Assembly: GCA_964036045.1 (NCBI GenBank)
Contig: OZ038378.1
Location: 11,842,001-11,906,000, forward strand
Source of the DNA: Eutreptiella sp. 'Long Island Sound 2002'
Lineage: Eukaryota > Protista > Euglenida
Direction of reading: 5' to 3'
DNA length: 64,000 nt
How positions within the stretch are numbered: the stretch's first letter is position 1; each line of letters begins with the position of its first letter. Positions 26,501 to 64,000 of this stretch are shown here, piece after piece. The position numbers and the translations under genes are program-made. A model generated the notes under the pieces. It saw only the letters and a program-made list of their open reading frames with translations, did not search any database and was not told the DNA's origin.

Positions 26501-29103
26501 CCAGGTGGACCTAATGGCACAGGGAGCTGAGGCGTATGACCCCCTGATTAGGCAGTCCTTCTCCCTGCCTGTGGGGCCGCGCAAGCAGCGGCGCCCGGAA
26601 ACCGGAAAGTGGCTGCGCCGCTCTTGGGTGTGCGAGCGGCACCAGCACCATCAATGCGCAGCGCGTGCAACAGTTGGGTGCGGAGTCCGGTACTGCTGCG
26701 CCAGAGGGCTGTAGGGATGCGCTGGCGGTTGGCCAGCCAGAGGACACTTGGAGACACGCCGGCAGCCAAGCCGTGCCAGGGTCACCCAGCACGTACTGAA
26801 AAGGTGCGTCCCATGCGCCCTGCAACGTGACCACTGGACACGGCAAAAAATGGTCGCCCTCTGAAACGGAGGAGAGTGGTGGGGTCGTCACCAAATTGGC
26901 ACGGGCGGGCGGGAACAGAAAACACCTGACCCTACTAACCATGGAGGTTCTGACCAATGGCAAGGGATGGAGCACTGGGCCCTCTCATCTTTATAGATGG
27001 GTCCCCCCCCCCCCCCCGTTCCTGACCCCACCCCACTGGGGTTTTGCACCTAAGGTTCTGTAAGCGCCCAAACCTGTGTGGCCAAGTGGGGCCAGCATGA
27101 GTAGCACAGCAAGGGGGTGGCCCCTGACTAGAATGTACACATAACCCACATAGCCCACACAGGATCGAGGGATGGACATGCGCTCACACATTGTAACTGT
27201 GGAAGCGCCGAACATTGGCATGTTGAACAGAGGTGATGAAAGGCGTGAGTCAGGCACAACTAGAGCCTAATGCCTAGGCACGACCACAGCCTAATGCCTG
27301 ACCATTTGAGGCCCTGGGAGGGCCAGCTAGATATGGGCGATAGGAGGCTCCATCCAATGCACTCTATCATGACGACCCCTAGTGGTCTCCCTCCCTGATG
27401 GGCACTTTTCATGCAACGCCAAGGGGTGGGCGGGGGGGGGGGGGGCGGCGTCGCCAGCCCCTAACCCATAACCCCCTCGCTTAACCTGTCACACAGCGTC
27501 CAAGACTATAATCAGCCTTTGCCCTCCTTGATATGGTCCCCCCCCCCCCCCCGCACACACACGCGCACACACACACGCACACACATGCACTATGCGCCGC
27601 CGCCCTTGCAGCTAAAAGCTAATTTGTATGAGGCTTGTGAGTGAACACCAGTCCTAGTCCTCCCAAGTCCTCCGATTCCAAGATTGATCTCATCTACAAA
27701 TGTGCATTCTGCAACTACTTCTTGCAGGTGCACATTTTTTCGGGGGTTTGCGTTCCTATTTCCTCCACCTGTTTGGTGTACCAAAGGTGGCTTCTATAAA
27801 CATGCTTTTATATGTGCCACTGCTTGTAGCACTGTGTAAGGTACCCTTTTTTTGGTGGAGTTTATAAGCTGCCTGATTCGCTTTGGTAGTTGGAAAGTTT
27901 GCATCAAGTGACCCTATCTTACCTCCATGTATACCTCCATCAGACCTCCATATTCTTCTATTGGCCGAGTCCCAAATGATTGGTGGCCACACAGAGCACT
28001 TTGTGCTTCGCCCTACAGAACCGGCAATTTTAAACATTGCAAAAGAGGAATAATCCTGAAAAATAATTTTACTCGTCTTTATGGTAAAAAAAAATTACGC
28101 ACTGACAATTTTTATTTGAGGAGTTCCGTTTTGTTAACTGACATGCCCTTACCACACACAAAATTACATGATCTTAACGCGAAAAACAAATTACACAACC
28201 TAACCGCAAACAAAAACACACACACCGACAATTCCTGTGTGCACGAGTTATACTTTTCAATGCACACTGTTTTTTGCCGGAGCTTTTTTTTTTTGCCCTT
28301 TTTGTGGCAAATTGTGCCCTCTACTTTGGGCACATGTGGAGGAAGGGTTCTTCCCCATGGTACTTTGGGCACATGTGGAGGAAGGGTTCTTCCCCCATGG
28401 TTTTCTCCTCCTTTTGAGCCGGACCTCTGGATTGCCCAATACTCTTTCTGATTTTTGTGATGGATGCCAGGTGTGTTCCATTGCATCTTAACCAAGGGAT
28501 CATCCCACGGGGCGGGGGTGTTCAAGGTGCTCCAGACCCCCTCCCCAGTTGCCTCGGCCCCCCAACTCTGGACTCCCTGCAATGCTCTGCAGCTGCCCAC
28601 TTTGCCGCTCAGGGAAGGACAAGAAAGCCTGTGAGCGCAGCCCTGAGGGGCAGGACCGTGAGGCCGATGCATGGGAGTGGAGGCCGCCTGGTGCCTCTGT
28701 AGACCCCGACGATGCTGTCATGCCGTATGGCGAGTCCTACCGGGACGTTGAGGAGCGGATGATGCAGTTTTTGGAGGGTCTCACGATTGCGGATGGTGGC
28801 CCGGACGGGGACAATAGCCACCGGGCCACGGCGCTGCCCAGTGACCAGCCGCCCATCGTATTTGTCTTCACGCATCACGCCGCCATCCGCTGTGCATTAC
28901 GGGCTGTTCTGGAGGCCTCGCCTATTGTGATCGGCCCCCGCTCCAATCCACAGAACACATCAATCACGGAGCTGGCGTATGATGCTGGTGACCCCGGCCG
29001 GAGAGGGGGTTGGAGGGCCGTGAGACTATTTGATGCAGCGCATCTGGAGTGCCCCTGGGCCGCACCGCGGCCGGCAGGGGCAAAGCCGTGCGACCAGTTG
29101 TAG
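23304..29103 (+). CDS. Histidine phosphatase / phosphoglycerate mutase-family protein, 3 exons, 324 aa
   Basis: join(23304..23531,25761..26016,28613..29103); GT-AG introns with matching phases (0, 1); motifs VFLIRHAQSESN, PLSAKGEAQA, ASDAVRAQQTA, GEICMGGWTG, GESYRDVEERM, VFTHHAAIR, NTSITEL, RLFDAAHL. Confidence 0.92.
23652..23861 (+). repeat. Direct repeat R1, copy in intron 1
   Basis: Diverged copy of 23015-23246 with two small deletions. Confidence 0.9.
25761..26016 (+). CDS. Histidine phosphatase exon 2
   Basis: Acceptor ctgcccccag|AAC; NHLHNGRHTSVPLSAKGEAQA...GEICMGGWT; donor acag|gtatcc, phase 1. Confidence 0.9.
28322..28400. repeat. 39/40-bp tandem duplication
   Basis: tactttgggcacatgtggaggaagggttcttcccc(c)atgg x2. 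Confidence 0.9.
28613..29103 (+). CDS. Histidine phosphatase exon 3 (terminal)
   Basis: Acceptor tttgccgctcag|GG; KDKKAC...GESYRDVEERM...VFTHH...DAAHL...DQL*. Confidence 0.9.
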
Positions 29104-30349
29104 GCATCCCATTCAGCTCGGATCCAGCCCCCCTACCCCCACCCCCCGCCGCTGTGCAGTGCCCCGCGTCATTAGTAGAACCGCATGCGACCCCGACCAC
29201 TCAGTCCGTGTCTCCTGACGAAGGCCTGCGGAGAAGCGCATTGGCTTGCCACTCCAGCCGTACGTCGGGGGGTCGGGTGGGGGCTCAGGCTTTCTTCGCG
29301 GAAACCTGAGCCGCTCAGTCGAGACCGCAACTGTTTCCCACATGCGTACGGCCAATGCCTTTTGGGGGTGCGGGTGCTGGTGTTGATGCTGATGCTCGTA
29401 CTACTTTGTTTTCGGTGCACTTGTGCTGGCCGTTGCCTGTCAGACTGGCGCCCCGAGAGGCGGTGGTGGCCTGCCCATGCCTGCGTGGTGGCGGTGCGTT
29501 GCCATGGGGCCGAGGGGACGCTACTGGGGCCCGATGGCCGGAATCGGGCGAGGGACATGACGCAATTCCCCCGCAGGACCTCCCAACCCACACCAACGGG
29601 GATCTCTCTAAACTGAGCCCCGAAGCTGCACGAAACCTTTGGGCAGCAACGAGCCTGGCAGGTGCCAGCGGCCGCAGCGAAGACGCCTTCACAAACCCCC
29701 CGACGCGTACTTCAAGGCTCTCAGCGCGACGCACTCATCATTTTGAGCTATAGATTTCGAGGCCTCATACACAGGGCATGTTTTAGTGGACGCGACGGTT
29801 ATTTATGAATTTGTTAAGCAAAATTCCAACCCGGTTGGCCCATAACTGTCGTTGGTTTGGGTGGTTACCTTTACCTTACCGTTGGTTCCGCCATCGCTTT
29901 TCTGTCAACTGCCAATTTGTTGCTCTAAAAGGCCGTCATCAGCCTCCGAGTAGGCCATCGCTATGTTCTCTCTCTGTGGTTGAGCTGTTTACTGCACGAG
30001 ACGTCGACATGCGAACCACCCTCTGTCTTCCAGCCCTCAAGTAGTCAGTTGGCAGAGGCGTCAACGCCAGATCGACCACTAAGTGAGAAATTGCAGCTCA
30101 GTGTGTGTTCACACTTTTGCCACCGCAGAGGCAAAGCCTGAAAGCCTGAAAGCCTTTTTTTGCCTCAACACCCAATAACCGATTGTCGGTCGCGCAATTA
30201 CGAAACAGAGGACCCAAAAGGCGATTGCGAGTGCCAGCGGTTCGTGTACTGGCACCACGGGTAACAGTGGCCGATTTTGCAAGCGGAAATCAAACGACCA
30301 GAGGCAATACGAAGCTGCTGCAACTGCTGAAAAAATACTGCCCCAGCTT

Positions 30350-32200
30350 TTTGTGAATCAAAACGGCACCTTTGCGATCAGGGGGGGGCGGAGGGGCTTT
30401 GGAAGCCTTGTGGATTGTCGCCACGGAGGCGCTAGAAATGATTTGGTCTCATCTGCAGGCATGCTGGTTTGTTCCATACCCCAACAGAAGAGTGGCATTG
30501 GAGGAGTAAGGCCCTGTGCAGTCACACCAAGCACAAGAAGTGGATGAGTGGATCTGTCCAGGGTGTTACTTGGATACAACCACCCAACAGCTACCCTTTG
30601 CACAAAACGACCATGCACGGTGTCTTACATTGCTCACATACGACGCTAGAGGGCAACCCTGGATGCAGTGACCATCCAGCATGCATCATTACACTGGGCA
30701 TGTGCTGTATGCAATCCATGGAGTTTCTCCTCGACAAGTTGGTGTTTGCAAGGACAAAACACACACTTTGGCACGTGGCTAAAGTCTGTTTCGTCTGCTT
30801 TTGTTCCCCTGGTCTCATTGACTCGAGCACCCATTGTGTCCCAACTCGACGAATGGCTGTAGTATTTCAAAGTTTCAACAAGAATACACAGTTGGAAGTA
30901 TTTCCCGAGCCCAATAAATGAGAGGAATATTTGCTTGAGCTGCATCGAATCAACACAATGCATGTGCATTCCTGCATGTGCGCCACTGCTCTGCCCCTTT
31001 GGGATCTCCGACACCCTCACCATGCTCTTGCTTTTTGCTGGCACCAGTGCAAGATCCTTGATCTTTGTCCCCTTATCATGATCCTCAATGCCTAGGACAG
31101 ATAGGAATGCGGTGATGGTTCAGCTTCAAAATTTTAATACATAATTCAACACATTGCATTGGTTTTTGAGGCTGTCAAACATTTGCGGCATGTGCCAAAA
31201 TCCAAGAAGTGTTTCGGTTCGGGCACAAATCCTTCTGGCACGCACACTGCGGATGCATTTATGCCATCGGTTTTGCTGTTTGGGTATGCAGAACGTAGCT
31301 TGGAAGGACCCACTGCAGGTTCCTGCCCCTACCATCCAATGGCATTTGGAGCTGCTGGTATGCCACCTTCATTGTGCAAATCAATGCCCCTGTGTACTTG
31401 CTTTAATTTTGCAAACCGGGGCCAAAATTCGTCCATCTACCCAAACAGATGGAAGATCTTTTTCTCTTTCTGCTTTCTGTGCTTCACAGGTATGACAGCA
31501 CCATACTTTTTTTTTCTTTTCTTTTTTTTTTTTTTCTTTTTGGTCTTGACCACCAGTGCTGCTGGAACTTAGGGAATCAGTGGGCAGAGATCCCAAAGAG
31601 GATTATCGCTGCTGCCACACCTTGAAGAATTAGCTGCTCCCAAAGAGGATAATTATTGGGGTGTTCAGCGACCTAGGGCTACGTCGAATGCAACCATACC
31701 TCATGTTTCACTGGAAATTTAGCCTGTTTTCACCGGATCCGGAATACAGCCTACGTTTCTTGTCTTTTCGAAACCTGGTTTCCTTCCAATTTTCATTTTC
31801 CCGTAGATTGTGTTTTGCCGAATCCGGTAAAAATTATTTAGAGTCACAAGTGTGTGTTCGGTGCGTTGCCACCGAAAAAGAAGACTCTAGAAGATTATCT
31901 GTCATACATCAGGTGAACCTATAGTAGAGCCGAACGAAAGGCATACTCGTGAGCCCCAAGCGCCGGTTGAAGCCTTTGGACCTCAGCAGCTTTTGACGAT
32001 TTCACGCTATTGCACTACACGGCAATATCCAAAAACGCGTGCTGCGATCTCCTTTTTTCGAACTCTACCACCCTTCCATCAAGCTGTCTTGTCTTGCAAG
32101 CAGAGCTACAAAACCTTCTCGTCTCGCTACAATGCGAACAAGAGTTGCACCAATCATTGCCCACCGTTTCACAGTTTTCGTGCGTGGTTCATTTGATGTG
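30350..32200 (-). mobile_element. Possible decayed DNA-transposon ORF
   Basis: Fragmentary coding-like minus frames (GIEDHDKGTKIKDLALVP; RWHKCIRSVRARRICARTETLLGFW; IISSASVAT); no complete diagnostic motif. Confidence 0.3.
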
Positions 32201-32255
32201 ACTGTTGTGTGCAGTTCTCACCATCATGTCCCATTCCGTTCCGATTAGGTGAATC

Positions 32256-32955
32256 ATAATTGGCGTGAAGTTGAGTGGCGTGCAGTTCTGAGACTTTCGT
32301 CTGTGGCTATTCTGCAGACAACGTGGAGACGTGTTCTGTGTGAATTTAGGTACGTTTAAGGACCAAGGAGCAAAAATGCGTCATTTGATGTGGCTTTTGG
32401 TGAAGCACCATTGACATGAAGTTGAGTGGCACTTTGCTCTCACACTTCTGTCCATGGTCAATTTTCAGACAATGTGGAAACTAGAGACATTTTGTGTTAT
32501 CTATGGTGGGGTTACGGGTCAGAAAGGATTCATTTCACGTAGCCATTGTGCAATTCTCACTATAATGTCCCATTGCATTTTGCTTTGGTGAAACATGATT
32601 GACCTCAAGGTGAGTAGCATACAGTTCTGATACTTTTGTCTGTTGTTGGTTTGCAAACAACGTGGAAAGTGGACTCATTTTGTGTTCATTGGGGTGCGCT
32701 TAAGGGCCAGAAAAATTGTGTCATTTGATGTGGCTGTTCGCGCAATTCGCACCACAAGGTCCCATTGCTTTTTGCTGTGGACAAGAATGGTTGGCGTGAA
32801 GTTGAGCGTCATACACTTCTGCAACTTCCGCGCTCATGGTCAGTTAGGAGACAATATGTTAACTCGACATTTTTTGCGTCAGATACGGTAGGGTTACCAG
32901 TTGGAAGTGGGTTCCCATTGCCCTTTGCAGGATTGACCTCAAGGTGAGTGGCACA
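32256..32955. repeat. Satellite family S, about 5 degenerate units of 150-190 bp
   Basis: ttg(a/g)c.tgaagttgagtggca / ttgacctcaaggtgagt at about 32260, 32410, 32600, 32790 and 32933. Confidence 0.75.
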
Positions 32956-33199
32956 TATTTCTTATGTCTATGGTACGTATGGAATCACAACAGCCATATC
33001 AAATGGCACATCTGACCCGGAACTCTTTTCTAATTAACACACTACGTCCAGTTCCCACATTGTCTTTAAGTTCGCTTTAAAGCCCACCCCACACAGAAGA
33101 TATACCCCCACCACCCACTTAAGCAGCCCCCCTTGCCCACACACACACATGTCAGGTACCCCCCCCCCCCTTTTGGATCCCCTAGAAATTCAATAGTTA

Positions 33200-33950
33200 A
33201 AGTACCCCCGTTTGGTGAAATGCCCCGCAAACAAAGCATGGCAATGGCTTAAACTCCAGCACAAGGAGCATCGGCATCAGGAGCAGCGGCTTGAACTTCA
33301 GTAGCAGCGGCATCAACAGCAGCAATGGCAGCTTCAATTTCAACAGCTTCGCAATCCTCAACAAGTTGTAGAGCATCAAGTAACTCACTGTCATCCATGT
33401 CGTTCACATTAAGTCCTTATTTTGCAGCCTCAGGTTCCTCAATAGCTTCAATGTCTGCAATGTCTGCATCAGATAAACTGCCCAAGTCAGAACCATCTGA
33501 TCCCTCAAACAAATCATCATTTGCCACAAGAGAATTGCGGTGGATGTCTACCATGTCTGGAATGGATATGCTATTTCAGAATGGCAATCACTATGCCCCG
33601 AAAATCTCAGACCCATCCTCACTTACTTCCGTACTCACTTGGATACCCCCCCACACACTTAAGGCACCCCCCCCATGGAAAGCCAAAAACGCTAAATTCG
33701 GGAAGGTATGAGATCATGCCCCTGGTGTTAATATTTTTTGTATGCATGCCAGTATTTGAGTAGGATGATGGGCCTCGCATAGCGGTGGATGGATTCAAAC
33801 CAAAGGTCGCTGGCTCGTGTCAGCATGTTCATGCTTGGGGTCCATTGGGGCGCCCGTGCATACACAATTTCTACCGTGTGCTGGGATGTTGCAGCCGTTA
33901 GCATGGAAAACCCCATACCATATTATGGCATTTACTGTGTACCCACAGTG
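33200..33950 (-). mobile_element. hAT-like transposase C-terminal relic with acidic tail
   Basis: MLTAATSQHTVEIVYARAPQWTPSMNML...IILLKYWHAYKK resembles L...aSq..vEr.fs...T..rN.L; followed by an Asp/Glu/Ala-rich frame (DDLFEGSDGSDLGSLSDADIADIEAIEE) containing stops. Confidence 0.5.
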
Positions 33951-34163
33951 GGGAAGAGGTGTTTTTTGTTTGGTTTACAGAGCAGCTCTGCGCACTGCAG
34001 CGCGACACATCACAAAATGTCGTTGCGTTCAACATGACAAAGTTTCCAGAAGACCAACAAACGCGGTGTGCCCATTTCCGTTTGTTTTGCTGCAAAGTCG
34101 TGTTGCGTGCGGTCGCATCTTTGCCATCGAGGGCATGCTTCGTCCTTAAAATCCCCAGGTCCG

Positions 34164-61519
<27,356 letters not shown>

Positions 61520-62139
61520 CTTTTTGGACTTCTTATGTCACGGGTTGGACCTTCGGGGGTGCCTGTACACTTGCAGGTCTGCGTATGACCCGCATTGTTG
61601 CTCTTGCATGGGTTTTGGTCTGATGGATTCTTGTGCAGACCGCATCTTGGCCGTGCATGCTGCGCTGTCCTCAAAAGGGTCCGCGGCTTCATCAAAGACA
61701 CCCTCCTCCAGCCCGCGTCAAAGTCCTGGCGGTCAGTGTCACTGTCCAACGTGATGACATGTGCGGTGCCGATAAATCGCCAATCATCTCCCGTGCTGTG
61801 TACACGCATGACCATTGATATGTCCATACGATTTGTGAACTGCCCTGTGAATATTGCATCACCCGTTTGCGACTCAATGCCCCATTTCCTGATTGCAGCA
61901 CTTTGAATAGTCACGTGTGAGTGTTATTTGGGGGCGGGAGCAATGATGACGCGTACGATGACGGTACCGGGGGGGGGGGGGGGGGGGTCCCGTCGCTTGC
62001 GGCGGCGGCGGCGGGGGGGGTGTGTGTGTGAAAAGGGGATGTTCGGCTTCCGGTCTGCACCAGAGACATGCCAACGGCCTGGGGGTAGATGCCGTGCCAT
62101 GCACATACGACCGTGTGGACCGAGGGCTTTTCAGGACCA

Positions 62140-62430
62140 CATCCGTGCACACGGTGCACCGGACCGCACCGGGTACAAGGCCTGCCGGACTGCTGACAGC
62201 CCCTGACCCCCGCGGGGGCACACGCAGGAGGGAGATGCTGCCATACGGGTGTGTGTCCTGGGAAGGGAGGACCACCTGTACAGGGCTGCGGGGGGGGTGG
62301 GCAATGAAGGGGCAGGTTGCTCCAGGGCAGGTAGGGGGGTTGTGTGTTTGCCTGGTGCTCCAGGCCCCAGTGGGGGGGGGGGGGGGGGCAGGGGAGCCTT
62401 ACGCTGAGCCCATTGGGGGAGACAGGGGCC
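62140..62430 (-). mobile_element. SINE-like repeat family X, copy 3 (inverted)
   Basis: Reverse complement contains cacacacccgtatggcagcatctccctcc...ggggctgtcagcagtccggcaggccttg. Confidence 0.6.
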
Positions 62431-63574
62431 CGGGCACACCACCTCCAGGCCACAGGGGCACACTGCAAAGCCACCCCACAACTGCCGTGGGCATGGGGAT
62501 GGCTGTGGCACGACGCTCGACTGGGCGGGGCCCGCACTCCTTGACTGCCGCTTGGTAAGGGTGGTGCTGCCGGTTGGCTGGGCCCTCACGCTCACGGCAA
62601 AGTGCCTCAGGCAGTTGGAGGGGACCCGGGGCACACGGAGCGCTGCCCTGTCCCGGGACCTCCCCATGGGAGATGCCCGGGATGCGGTGCTACTGCCCAT
62701 GTACATGGGGAGGGCCTGAGGGCACACCACCCCCCTGTTGCAAGGGAGGGGGGAGGGTCGCGGAAGGGCAATGCTGCGGTGGGATACGATCTATGATGGA
62801 CTACATTGTCTTGAACGTTCACGGGACGTTCACATGTTGGGTTCAGGACATTTTGTCTTTCGTTCATTCGCGCAACCCACCCCAAAGCACTCTCCAATCA
62901 TGCACCATTTCAGGCTGGATGCACGGAAGTGTGTTCAGGGGGCACAGCCAGCACGATCCCCGTGCACCCCCCGAACGACCCTGCGGCTGAGGGGCGGAAG
63001 GCATACTTACCGTATTAATTAGGTGCTGAACGCCTTTCAGTGCCAAATGTGTCAAATGCACGAGCCCCGAAGCCCAAGGATTTTGAGGTTGTATTGTGCT
63101 TGGATGACAAAGGATGCCTACAGAGTTGGGGCGCACTAATACCAGGGGGGCCAGTCACGTGGTTGCATGCTTCCGGCCTGTCAGAAGGTTGGATCATGGA
63201 ACACACGAGGATGGATGTGCCTCAACGCTGCATACGCAAGATATGGTCGTTTCCAAGGCGCAGTAGGGGTATGAACAGTGTTGATTTGACACCTGCGCGT
63301 ACGTTTGGCCTCCAGTTGCCGGGTGATGCCTGAAGCCGGGGACTGCGCAGGAACAACAACAAGGGCATGTAGAGGATACAGGAGGCGATGTAGGGGGGAG
63401 GTACGGGGGACGATGTTCGGCCCACAGGGGTGGCCACTTTGTGCCCAAGGAGGGATGCTCCTGCAGATGGTGAGGCAAGTGGATGGCAGGTGTGCTCCGC
63501 AGGCTCGGGACAGTGCGCTCTTGGGGAGGGTATCATTTTCCGAGTGCCCTCTTCTCTCAGATCCCAGGTCCACA

Positions 63575-64000
63575 ATGTTCCGCAACTGCGGCTGCTCACG
63601 CCCATGGGCAGCCCTGTTGGTTCTGCTGCTTTCGCTCTTGCCGGAGTGTGGGTCCGTCAGCCTCGGCGGTGTGAATTTCCTGTACCCCGCAACCTTCAGC
63701 CCCGGAGAGGATGTCCGCATCATTGCAGACGCCAGCAAGGCCACCACTACTGTGGACACGAGCTCCCTCGGTGCGACAGTGTACAAGGAGACCGCCGTCA
63801 TTTCCCAAAGCACCACGGTGAAGGACTTGGGTGGCCAGCAGTTCGAGATCACACTCCCCATCGCTGTGACAGTGTCGACGGATGCCGCGTATGAAGTGGA
63901 GTTGAGGGTCGGTGCAGCTTCCGACCGCCAGCCCTGCGCCATCAAGTTTAACAACTACGGTCTGCTGCTGGACATCGACAAGTCGTTGTACAAGCCCGGA
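63575..64000 (+). CDS. Secreted alpha-2-macroglobulin / thioester-containing protein (TEP/CD109)-like, 5' part (signal peptide + MG1 + start of MG2), runs off the window end
   Basis: Open frame of 142 codons with no stop: MFRNCGCSRPWAALLVLLLSLLPECGSVSLGGVNFLYPATFSPGEDVRIIAD...YEVELRVG...GLLLDIDKSLYKPG; hydrophobic signal peptide, beta-rich domain, then the MG2 signature DK(S/P)xYKPG; acceptor-like AG 7 or 14 nt upstream, cacaATG context. Confidence 0.8.
   Translation, partial: MFRNCGCSRPWAALLVLLLSLLPECGSVSLGGVNFLYPATFSPGEDVRIIADASKATTTVDTSSLGATVYKETAVISQSTTVKDLGGQQFEITLPIAVTVSTDAAYEVELRVGAASDRQPCAIKFNNYGLLLDIDKSLYKPG

Overview
Eukaryotic, intron-rich, repeat-rich genomic DNA, not prokaryotic. 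The style (many poly-G/poly-C tracts, a splice-acceptor-like AG just before each start codon) suggests a large-genome protist such as a euglenozoan, but the taxon cannot be fixed from this sequence alone. I can build four protein-coding genes, all on the + strand. (1) An intronless 459-aa orphan with an N-terminal hydrophobic anchor and 3 x 28-aa repeats (8375-9754). (2) A 3-exon histidine-phosphatase/phosphoglycerate-mutase-family gene (23304-29103, 324 aa). (3) A 14-exon, phase-consistent coiled-coil protein gene with two micro-exons (34164-61519, about 617 aa). (4) The 5' end of a secreted alpha-2-macroglobulin/thioester-protein (TEP/CD109)-like gene (63575 to the window end), which is absent from the supplied ORF track. 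All introns I modelled are GT-AG. Intergenic and intronic DNA holds several decayed hAT-type transposase relics, dispersed SINE/MITE-like repeat families, micro- and minisatellites, and a GC-rich 2.25-kb VNTR-containing unit bracketed by (CCCATA)n arrays. I recognised no rRNA, tRNA or CRISPR array. Gene models and repeat boundaries were read by eye, and transposon-relic boundaries are approximate.
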